Assembly: GCA_964497315.1 (NCBI GenBank)
Contig: CAZCCH010000015.1
Location: forward strand, 1 to 33,743
Source of the DNA: an uncultured Planctomycetia bacterium
Lineage (GTDB): Bacteria; Omnitrophota; Gorgyraeia; Taenaricolales; CAZCCH01
Direction of reading: 5' to 3'
Length of the DNA: 33,743 nt
A program made the translations under genes and the position numbers. Below, piece by piece: positions 28,001 to 33,701 of the stretch; position 1 is the stretch's first letter; every line of letters begins with the position of its first letter. The notes beneath the pieces were generated by a model. It saw only the letters and a program-made list of their open reading frames with translations, was not told the origin of the DNA and ran no database searches.

Positions 28001-29113
28001 AAAATGGTCCACGAAGGATGGCATGCATATAATGAAATCCTCAAGAAGGCCAGTGGTGCAGCGGAGGCTATACGGCATGCACAAGATGAGATGCTTGCTA
28101 ATATAACCGAATGGGTTGAAAATCCCCAAAATCGCGATTCCATTAAAAGATATTTTAGCATTTGGGTAAATGAAGAGGAAATTGCCAATAGCTTGGAAAG
28201 AGCAGTTTTTGTTAGAGAAATAGGCGGTTCAGACAATGAGGCTATCGAAAGATTTGTGCAAAAAGCTATACAGCAAAATCCCAGGGCTCAGGCAGATACG
28301 GGCTCAGGCAGCAAAGAGAGAAAAGAGGCCTATGCGAGACATCTGAGAAGGTATGTAAGAGATCGAATACTGAGATATTATCGAATTCCCTCGTTACATG
28401 GTAGATTGCGATATATACTTAGTAGCTATTATTCACATGTAAAACCTGCTGTGTACATCGGGTTATTTCTAACAGAATTTTATGAAGGACGAGCTGATCA
28501 TCGAACTAGGACAACGAGCCCAGGCAGAAAGTTCTTCATAGGGCCAGATAGAATCGAACTAAATATAAGATCTCATGGAGCTAGTGGGCAGCAAAGGCTT
28601 ATTCTTACGCCTAAAGAGAATTTTTTAGAATGGGCATCGAACTGGGCAAATTCTGAGGAATATAAAAGATTGTTTGTGAAACCAGAAGGCCTTACGAAAA
28701 TGCGCGGTTCCCGCTTTTCCGAAGCCTCCCAAGCCATATTTGGCAAAATTGAGCAACCCACAGGCATAATAATGAAAGCAGATTTTGCTACTAAAATCTT
28801 TCCAGTTTTGCCAGAGTTAGCAGTCCACTTTGGCCAAAAGGTAACAATTGCTGTAGTGGGCCCTTCACAGCTAAAGGAGAGAATAACCAAAGTAAATGCA
28901 GTCTTGCCACATGATGTATCTATTATACTATGCGATACCATTGATGAAGCAGCCAAGGAGTTGTCTGAGAGAGGTATAGGCCTTATCAGATTACTCACCA
29001 GAAAAACAATAAAAGACCTTCCTTTGGTTCGTGAAACCCTCCTTATTACAGAGAAGACCCTACAGCTAATAGATGAGTTGAGATCCCGCAAAGAAATAGC
29101 TGGTGGGGCATAA
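19034..29113 (+). CDS. Giant (3,359-aa) multi-module secreted/membrane protein of unknown function
   Basis: Uninterrupted 10,080-nt ORF. N-terminal Sec-type signal (aa 1-32, ALA|SS). Internal kinase-like, HPr-like and HExxH segments, plus two internal twin-arginine signal-like segments. See findings. Confidence 0.9.
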   Translation: MKLSNSNIHKIISIALLVTFMMSLIGPELALASSETLRPHVTSRKKPLLKEMIARFTELQRPSVASSAEDFRKDEVRIVREMTEAGQLYFRHEPEKPSAIYYIPFLRYRARLTRCRGVADYTSAVLNEKDRRFSTFKSERDGFERWFRTSQEGFPSAALYDIDVHPQDLNDAIAALIEQKTKEKDNTITVRAFGSGLPALLLPGDPATLLAGDVEIETILKFILSGLRHTRNKAKWTVVVYVYDKKTAYLGQLEKVLLEKLENSPMPFNIVLNLRYGDIADREQYPYMFEEQSDINVCRNITQSGESFSKGDSIFHGQLVNSLSPHGFIIHGARRRGDRIILASDRDALKRLSGDFLDSNSSEDEATSRFSEIGAIGHLEEERKTEDLIAALTAFDIPFIPTESNCEFTRISAGHSNLTYNIKHNGKNRHILQQMSTIYDANALNANLNLLEQAQDAWLKEGAEDEYWQPVHYVNVKGASDKLYCDTAGRIWRLMDYIPGEVFGKFSDVPQSDRREIAQSLGRAIVVFRRMLESVPLESWEKDMSGFHDPQYFYAYLHSIWLGQEVPLNFTDGSSHMVVRDPSVTSEYSERINLLKRKIEDRRHILTSLDELGQVVSHGDLKIDNLFFRKHKGRWKCISIADLDTIQPRNVLTDLGDALRSAGNPAGSEPRAIDDVTIDVDVVTNIINGYLEATAGFYDHTEAERLRPHTIEAFKLLLYGQSMWYLADALTNSAYFNIGAERALYKAEVQMRALEQLEELSLIKDGPFADFVKPDASRFGERTAEERIAALREDLVYYEAAATASSAPDQDFPDDICDVGTGEAHLMNEVHIAADSDERPERIISAYTAGPCRAYVIKGRVNDETRLFLRHRAAVEGILDDLREDIAALERAGMQDREVVFKLDLKTQAGLEVVRLGWVSPEELREKIKEICGPRIYTEEGIFPHEITDVIATQEGVVIYCPYNSNASKIILWPESKEGVFMDAVLPNAEVVEDEAFSAQSRFGEMAVDALKGNIKRAVSVFRDTAIVKSPQLIEEDKNRVWVINNIFEDRFLLDSVVLKDPDPKHEEYFYASREGLDMYEAHFESDYPRVEIAQTVIIDNPKENDLVGTKRASQCLPLLFANIPDNKPNMIGSSHIFTSTDPTFSSLGDKLLDAGYENLIVVIPRPKKLGRTVAPFALRTSQYEEVIANMRAKGITVYEVPYQDVSISAAATADGFAIFIEKFVDPTTKRTKDIEEFVLLEPIKTWQEFSSRFGEVAIIEGNAAPEVLPATENRIELALNMPSERATQTGTACIRPTKERGFADVWSRRDFMKAGAFATTVATVFGSLPKTGVAATPDAIKVKAKELCTQYLKDVCDEKITLGLDNSLGTWREVLKDREEYADLLKPDNNYALLTAFVFDTLFPALEEAASRTRVSAHNASINIELALMNLLDKKDEKVEAFLRHTLARTTDSLVRTRRIQNKVERDRRIGIALQRLESASAYIGPEISDKLVSIVKLHDSLTQLGLEQKEEIERVSMEINSLIIDLNKILIPLGLYCRVSMNVSLGDDKEHIYIKSFKIEKTRLYKATDGKVVKVYIVKGIDNIAITNVFGFRRLETDYAVVILDNIESKARDIEEVLKHGKSDAHKDIESRLTAIGKARLADLRVLLVELAKKEFSGLTRQQIMNKIQVLIETHEIRHVLDRGNFTREERDKKEGSAFMAELILAELITGTATYYSVLKWAEHVFRGGEHDYAARMVFEGLMKKAKEKGYVNASVNLKHVSFRELIKTVETLRRLSKGEIAGLARESYKEIFGFEFIDALPVIQPPGRFTEPKKTATCEIAIRGRMHIIPSDLLAYELSNLYNAVRGKINFTFKKELGDDRVLEMTNPGTITNILSFGLGPGDILEVSVEEDLPRDVQEEALNYIEALFNSYHILQATQLAQMHGAEQARMALGGTPYVDLASAEQYGLEIVRSDLSSSLWPALRRLISMLKRDVEISRFTERGDEIPTSPVDPARFREDSRLIDERARDMLKVLCESRRSQPTNTKARRALVRLEHLVDSRWSYGEQWSEVIDTLREAGLITSDTAGWLGSLDDEVVRRTMFYVTVRYLDIMEHEVLFHGTSLHNIDSIKKHGLHPEHVPPGKEELQRVFGIVGKALGEDRAMEITEGQLSFEYDLSLANFYFAILGPEMLRRAIGDLQEIKKLGFPEIDEADRKFIEYFLEHWNDGYLSSNQPCLLAVPFKTIVQFMDLEQDAYQRDRTRFLKRPHEFFNDVILLYLFPWETWVGEGTLLPFRLPALDKIETAMHEQMAVTFHDVHTYSRPNYDLGDIYVVTGKRDALNLVPLKQVEIDELERTAVVLREVNQECQEKQGEVFNRSFSSQEALDFCAELHSIAREAIAKSNYERTDGLSGARFSEQVEFVEDKLVREPIEDENLTLDQVEQIERDRQQIEAELTRHYGDAEAFFGEGPRDGIRIIATTDEEGELIATSPIYYIAQGVAINETRQEVLLNYLNTTRAGIAEEGSRYTVFHEMGHWANESRGISSIVRELIGPQMEEIAASHIERHPDELGFYLDLYNSKLREGEIPVDRLQELLKGCLVVKGLTLFEDCLVDRQLLELARAGDLEGLDRELIGTRKILLGDKLKQPDLCCLAILRYRLLEEVYSPDDRTKVDIFPDDFNPENFGINAEMMKQIDDDARAMAVAIRGAERMIAKYAPGKIAPPGDLRDLKGRLKSSVGDFMRPLKKYLTIPALISYFKLNHTRVDPTRFTEGTGSLSAEGNLPGDQTLGTSDYSPARFVEGDAIAQWPISIDEALLRSGESARAIAVEPDYVPPYGVLAPGAINISDYLALGMLAASGISSEPQGQDGKLSRRTFLKAAAAGAGVAIGSAVVHKVLKSDDITPRILDDAADERLRNAGKAISAKFMHVYEEYKDKNPAETKLVRALFRKINDHKTEKEIMHHPELKHKKDNVDVLMGIGEPADDNGESPIYLSYSILGQPDEILWAKMVHEGWHAYNEILKKASGAAEAIRHAQDEMLANITEWVENPQNRDSIKRYFSIWVNEEEIANSLERAVFVREIGGSDNEAIERFVQKAIQQNPRAQADTGSGSKERKEAYARHLRRYVRDRILRYYRIPSLHGRLRYILSSYYSHVKPAVYIGLFLTEFYEGRADHRTRTTSPGRKFFIGPDRIELNIRSHGASGQQRLILTPKENFLEWASNWANSEEYKRLFVKPEGLTKMRGSRFSEASQAIFGKIEQPTGIIMKADFATKIFPVLPELAVHFGQKVTIAVVGPSQLKERITKVNAVLPHDVSIILCDTIDEAAKELSERGIGLIRLLTRKTIKDLPLVRETLLITEKTLQLIDELRSRKEIAGGA

Positions 29114-29165
29114 TAAAGACAAAGTAAAATCCCCAAAGAAAAATAATTTATTAAAAGAAAAGCCC

Positions 29166-29194
29166 TTGACAGAAGGGAGTTTCTGGTATATACT
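29166..29194 (+). promoter_or_regulatory. Sigma-70-type promoter for the DUF134 gene
   Basis: Consensus TTGACA (29166-71) with TGgTATATACT (29184-94) giving a 15-17-nt spacer. A perfect 12-bp palindrome GAGCATATGCTC (29201-12) lies just downstream. Confidence 0.5.
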
Positions 29195-29254
29195 ATTAAC
29201 GAGCATATGCTCATAATAAATAGGGGGTTTATAGAGAGAGTAGTTGGAGGAGGC

Positions 29255-29554
29255 ATGAAACCCAAAGGAAGACCCAGGAAGATACGGTATATAAAAGGAG
29301 AGCCTAAAATAGCTCAATTTAGCCCTAGAGGAAGGCCTGGAAGGCCGGATGAAGTTGAGCTTACAATAGATCAATATGAGGCTATAAGGCTTGCAGATTT
29401 TAGGAATATGAGCCATAAGCAGGCTGGCAAGATGATGGGAATATCTAGACAAACCTTTGAAAGGATTTTAAAAGAGGCCCGCAAAAGGCTTGCTGAGGGT
29501 GTCATAGTTGGTAAGATTATACGGTTTCAAGGAGGTTGTTTTAAAGTAGGATAG
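29255..29554 (+). CDS. DUF134/UPF0251 family DNA-binding protein
   Basis: MKPKGRPRKIRYI...F.P.G......V.LTIDQYEAIRLADF.NMSHKQAGKMMGISRQTFERILKEARKRLAEG is the characteristic DUF134 pattern with a sigma-70 region-4-like HTH. ATG 29255 is preceded by GGAGGAGG, and the track start at 29207 is less likely. Confidence 0.85.
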   Translation: MKPKGRPRKIRYIKGEPKIAQFSPRGRPGRPDEVELTIDQYEAIRLADFRNMSHKQAGKMMGISRQTFERILKEARKRLAEGVIVGKIIRFQGGCFKVG

Positions 29555-29944
29555 TTTTTAAAAACCCACCAAAATATTACCAAATTTAGCCTAAAAAACC
29601 CCGAACCTATATAAACATATATCAGATACTATTAGATACAGGTGCTTGTGGGGCGTATTCTCCACAAATTCCCAATGTCCTATAATATATCTTATGTAAA
29701 CTACGATATTTAAAAGAAATAAGCCTAACTTGTTATAATTAAAGAAGTTACGTGAATTAGTGGAAAACTTGTGGATAACTGATCTTAACTATGCTGGCGC
29801 CATCATTGGGTATTTGCTTTTATATATAATTAAGCACGAAATAACCTATTACTGGAATCAGATCATACTTGTTTAAATACAGCCAACTCATAAATACATT
29901 AAGAAATCTTTTGCTTTTCTGTCAAAATCTAGTATAATCTATTC

Positions 29945-30952
29945 ATGATAAAAATAGGTTCTCTAACGCTTAAAAGCAGGCTAATTTTAGCCCCTCTCTC
30001 TGGTACATCTGATTTGCCATTTAGAAGGCTTACTAGGGATCATGGCTGTAGATTTGCCTTTTATGAAATGCTAGATTCTTCAGCCCTTGTGCATGCTCAC
30101 AAGCGCACTCTAAAAATGCTTGAAAGTAATTCAAATGACGAACCTATTGGAGCTCAGATTTTAGGTTCAGATCCTGGCCAAATTTTGGATGCATGTCAGG
30201 TAATTTTAGCCAATTCAACCCCCCACTTAATTGATCTAAATTGTGCTTGTCCTGCCAAGAAAATACTACGTAAAAAAGCGGGTGCTTATTTTTTAAGAGA
30301 GCCCAAAAAAGCAGGCAAAATCATCAAAAAATTAGCCTCTCTTCTTCCTATACCTGTCACAGTTAAGGTTAGGCTTGGGCTTGACAAAAACAGTGCCTCA
30401 GAAGGCCTGAAATTGGCTAAGATGGCCCAGGAAAATGGGGCTTCAGCTGTTTTTTTTCATGGGAGAACTGTAGAACAAGGCTATGCTGAAAGAGTTAATT
30501 ATGAGGCTATAAAGGAGACAAAGCAAGCTCTTGAAATACCGGTTTTTGGTAGCGGAGATATCCTAAGTGAAAAACTAGCAAAAGAAATGCTGGATAGGAC
30601 TGGCTGTGATGGCCTGTTGGTAGCCAGGGGAGCCATAGGAAGTCCTTGGATTTTTAGGCAAATTGAAACTTACCTAAGAGACCCAAGTGCCCCTATTTTT
30701 TCACCTTCTTATGAAGAAATTACAGCTATTGCCAGAAAACACCTTGAACTATATATAGACTGGAGGGGTGAAAAAGTAGCCCAAAAATACTACCTCGGCC
30801 ACATTCGAAAAATAGCTATATGGTACTCAAAAGGTCTGCCTTACTCCAAAAGAGCTCGAGAAGCCATATCCAAGGCTAGCAGTTCTAGTGAAGTTATAGA
30901 AGTGTTAGGCAGGTTAAATCGAGATTATGATAAGAGTTGGTTTAAAAAATGA
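29945..30952 (+). CDS. dus: tRNA-dihydrouridine synthase
   Basis: LAPLSGTSDLPFRRL, DLNCACPAKK (catalytic Cys), VTVKVRLG, HGRT and VARGAIGSPWIF motifs of the Dus family. Confidence 0.92.
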   Translation: MIKIGSLTLKSRLILAPLSGTSDLPFRRLTRDHGCRFAFYEMLDSSALVHAHKRTLKMLESNSNDEPIGAQILGSDPGQILDACQVILANSTPHLIDLNCACPAKKILRKKAGAYFLREPKKAGKIIKKLASLLPIPVTVKVRLGLDKNSASEGLKLAKMAQENGASAVFFHGRTVEQGYAERVNYEAIKETKQALEIPVFGSGDILSEKLAKEMLDRTGCDGLLVARGAIGSPWIFRQIETYLRDPSAPIFSPSYEEITAIARKHLELYIDWRGEKVAQKYYLGHIRKIAIWYSKGLPYSKRAREAISKASSSSEVIEVLGRLNRDYDKSWFKK

Positions 30953-30989
30953 AATTATAATGAAAAATTGGTGGTTTTTTGGTGGGAAG

Positions 30990-31439
30990 TTATTTCAGCT
31001 TGTATCTTTTTCGATATGCTTCTTCATTAATTAGCTTTTTATGGTCAAATCCTACCTTGTATCTATAAATTAAAGAATAAGCACCAGGGTGGGTTTTATT
31101 AACTATTTGATCAAGTAAGATATGCAGGGATATACCCATTCCGATACCTAACCATAGCCCTCCTTTCTGCAACAAGACTATGGCTATGAGATAACCTAGT
31201 ATAAATTCGTAAGAATGCAATAAAAAGTATATTTTTTTAAGCTTTAAGTTCTGACAGACATAAATGGTTTTTCGAATGTCAAATTTAGGTCCAAAATTCA
31301 TATAGCAGTCTAGTACATGGTCCAAGTCTAAAAAAATACCTCCTAGAAAGGCCCCAATTGTCATGGGGATAGACCTGAACAGGTAAAATAAAACTCCGCT
31401 TAAAACAGCACTTGTTGCTATGTGAGCAGGTAAACGCAC
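30990..31439 (-). CDS. YdjM/DUF457-like membrane-bound metal-dependent hydrolase
   Basis: 149-aa polytopic ORF beginning MRLPAHIATS (conserved His) with a FLDLDHVLD motif, as in the DUF457 family. Confidence 0.55.
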   Translation of the reverse strand: MRLPAHIATSAVLSGVLFYLFRSIPMTIGAFLGGIFLDLDHVLDCYMNFGPKFDIRKTIYVCQNLKLKKIYFLLHSYEFILGYLIAIVLLQKGGLWLGIGMGISLHILLDQIVNKTHPGAYSLIYRYKVGFDHKKLINEEAYRKRYKLK

Positions 31440-31473
31440 CTTTACTCCTCTTCTTTTGTGTGAAATTATATGG

Positions 31474-31513
31474 AAAATCCCCCAAATTAAAACTTATATT
31501 CGGGGGATTTTTT
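31474..31513 (-). terminator. Intrinsic terminator downstream of csp
   Basis: On the minus strand, AAAATCCCCCGAA...TTTGGGGGATTTT forms a hairpin followed by a T-run. It lies between the csp stop (31529) and the next minus-strand gene. Confidence 0.6.
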
Positions 31514-31528
31514 AGCTAAAAAAACAAC

Positions 31529-31732
31529 TTATTCTACTTTTTTGACGTTAGTTGCCTGTTCGCCTTTAGGGCCTTGAGTTACCTCAAATTCTACCTTCTG
31601 GCCTTCTTCGAGCGTTTTGTAACCTTCAGCTTCTACAGCTGAAAAGTGTACAAATACGTCCTTACCTTCATCTGTAGTAACGAAGCCATAACCTTTCTGG
31701 TTACTAAACCATTTCACTGTTCCTGTTGCCAC
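31529..31732 (-). CDS. csp: Cold-shock protein (CspA family)
   Basis: 67 aa. Contains [15 protein letters not shown] (RNP-1) and VFVHFSAV (RNP-2). Confidence 0.95.
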   Translation of the reverse strand: MATGTVKWFSNQKGYGFVTTDEGKDVFVHFSAVEAEGYKTLEEGQKVEFEVTQGPKGEQATNVKKVE

Positions 31733-31915
31733 TTGCCTCTCCTCCTTTCCTATGTTTATTTTGGAGAGCTAACTTCGAAGGTATAAAAAAACCGCAATAT
31801 CCTAAAGAAAAATAAGACTTGCGGCTTTATTTTCGTAGTTCTTTATTATATTGTATGTTGCGTTTGTTGCGCATACTACAAAACCCTTAAAAGCTTATTC
31901 TCCAACTGCAAGCTA

Positions 31916-31945
31916 AATATACCATTTTTTTGGCATATTTGTCAA
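31916..31945 (-). promoter_or_regulatory. Candidate csp promoter (would give a ~175-nt 5' UTR)
   Basis: Minus strand reads TTGACA (31945-31940), an 18-nt spacer, then TGgTATATT (31924-31916). It overlaps the 3' end of the upstream 581-aa ORF. Confidence 0.4.
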
Positions 31946-31955
31946 GGTTTTTTGC

Positions 31956-33701
31956 TTACCAGCTGCTAGTAAATGTCAAGAATGTATCTATGCTATGCTG
32001 GGTGTCAGTTTGCTCATCTTTTGCTGAAAGAGACATGTATTTAGTACCATATTCATCAAGGCGATACCTGCATAAGCCTTCTATGTCGTATCCCCCTGTT
32101 TGGTTATTTAATGCAAGCCTAGAAGATAGCTCTAAAGAATCATCTAGGTTAAAACCAAGCCCTATTTCTTGTTCGCAGACCTGCCAAATGCCTTGATTCT
32201 GCCAGTTTAGATTAGCTAGCCAAAGATTAAATGATTTTTCCCCTATATTATACCTTAGGTCTGTACCATAGCGCATAAGGCTGCGCCCCAAGTCATTTTC
32301 TAGGAATAACTCTGCATTCAACCCCAATATATCAAAATTTGTAAATCCCTTTATATGATTGAAACTAAAAGAATCATTCATGTGTAGTTGACTACCCAAT
32401 CTTAACCATGGCATAACTTCAATAGAGGGTGATACCTCAAAGCCATTATTTACATCTCTAGATAGGTATAAATCCAATTTCCTATCCCATATTTGTCTTT
32501 TGATTTCTGCTTCTATCTTGCTTGCAAAACGCAGTTCCATCATCCTATCAAGAGAGCTTTTGCCTGAGCCAACTAATTTAATCTTATAATCATTCCTGTC
32601 AAGTTCAACAGGTATATATGGATAGAAGTATTGGCTTAGACGCCAACCATAGGTAGGATTATCTATAGTAACGCCGAATTTTCCTCCAGGAATAAATACC
32701 CCATTATCTTCGAGCTCTTCTGTGTAAAGAGCGTTATTAGAAAGGCTTTTGTTTATTCCAATGTCTATATCCTCATCAAGATAATATAAATACGCCAATC
32801 CATCAAAGGAAATGAAATTCCCAGATATACTAAAAAGATCCCTGTGGTACTTTCCATAGATACGATGTGCAGAAGTGCTGGCCCACAAGTGAGTTTGGCT
32901 GTATGAATCTAGGAAAAGAGGCATATCCAATGCCAACTTACCATATTCCTGGCCTATAACTCCATCCTGGTATTCTCCTTGATAGCTTGCCTCAGGTGTG
33001 AAGTAGACCCCAGGGCCTTCCATTCCCTCTTCTCCTCCACTTCCCTCTATGGAATCGCCTAATTCTTGCACCAGTTGCCTTTCAGCAGCTTGCATATAGG
33101 AATCTACCCCTTCGTACCTTAAGGCATCAAAGAATTCCCACAGCCTCCCCTGAGGAGTGTCTGCATCAATTATGTCAATACAGTCATAAGATGAAAGGTT
33201 TATCTCTTTTAGATCAATAGCAAGCGAATGTATAACATCATCCCATTCAGGATTTCCAGTAGTTAGATATTTTTCCAATTCGCGCGGGTTTATCCTTACT
33301 TCTTTTAAGCTAGCATGAATGGTCTGATTTCGAACATCTTTACCTATACGCCTTGTCTCATAATTACTGAATACCTCTTCTAAGGTATCTGCAATTTCAT
33401 CTTCTGGGTATGTTTCTACCTCTATTATATAAACATCGTTATACAAACCACCTACATTTGTATATTTGTTAAAATCTACTCTCGCGCCAGTAACATCAAG
33501 CAACACGTCATTAAACCTGAATCTACCATCTCTCAAGGTATCTTCGCCTTTTGCCCAGGCTACGTTAGTTTCTATTGCACCATCTTCAGATATACTATGC
33601 CATTGCCCTCCATCTTCTTCAAGGTTCAATTCAAATATATTACCATTATAATCGGCCCTAAGTAGTTTTTCCAGCTCATCGTATTCAGCAGGTAATGTCA
33701 A
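31956..33701 (-). CDS. Hypothetical acidic protein with beta-barrel-like C-terminal half
   Basis: 581-aa ORF with a TTG start immediately after an in-frame stop. The N-terminal half is acidic. The C-terminal ~200 aa show an alternating beta-strand pattern ending FLTFTSSW. No signal peptide is visible. Confidence 0.55.
   Translation of the reverse strand: MTLPAEYDELEKLLRADYNGNIFELNLEEDGGQWHSISEDGAIETNVAWAKGEDTLRDGRFRFNDVLLDVTGARVDFNKYTNVGGLYNDVYIIEVETYPEDEIADTLEEVFSNYETRRIGKDVRNQTIHASLKEVRINPRELEKYLTTGNPEWDDVIHSLAIDLKEINLSSYDCIDIIDADTPQGRLWEFFDALRYEGVDSYMQAAERQLVQELGDSIEGSGGEEGMEGPGVYFTPEASYQGEYQDGVIGQEYGKLALDMPLFLDSYSQTHLWASTSAHRIYGKYHRDLFSISGNFISFDGLAYLYYLDEDIDIGINKSLSNNALYTEELEDNGVFIPGGKFGVTIDNPTYGWRLSQYFYPYIPVELDRNDYKIKLVGSGKSSLDRMMELRFASKIEAEIKRQIWDRKLDLYLSRDVNNGFEVSPSIEVMPWLRLGSQLHMNDSFSFNHIKGFTNFDILGLNAELFLENDLGRSLMRYGTDLRYNIGEKSFNLWLANLNWQNQGIWQVCEQEIGLGFNLDDSLELSSRLALNNQTGGYDIEGLCRYRLDEYGTKYMSLSAKDEQTDTQHSIDTFLTFTSSW

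Noticed and set aside
19034-29113. The giant gene as a horizontally acquired island or mobile element.
   Set aside because: I see no flanking direct repeats, tRNA, integrase/transposase or phage genes. The gene seems somewhat more GC-rich than its flanks by eye, but I cannot quantify that reliably here. I left it as a chromosomal gene.
29113-29185. A terminator after the giant gene (CCCTT GACAG AAGGG hairpin at 29163-29177).
   Set aside because: The stem is only 5 bp, there is no following T-run, and it overlaps the -35 of the next promoter. That is not enough to call a terminator.
29555-29944. Possible oriC. The 390-nt AT-rich intergenic region has a perfect DnaA box (TGTGGATAA, 29770-29778, the reverse complement of TTATCCACA) and a one-mismatch box (TTCTCCACA, 29658-29666).
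   Set aside because: There is only one perfect box and one near box, no clear cluster or AT-rich 13-mer array, no dnaA, dnaN, gidA or parAB nearby, and no strand-bias switch that I can evaluate here. It is more likely just a promoter-rich spacer. A GC-skew plot of the whole genome would settle the question.
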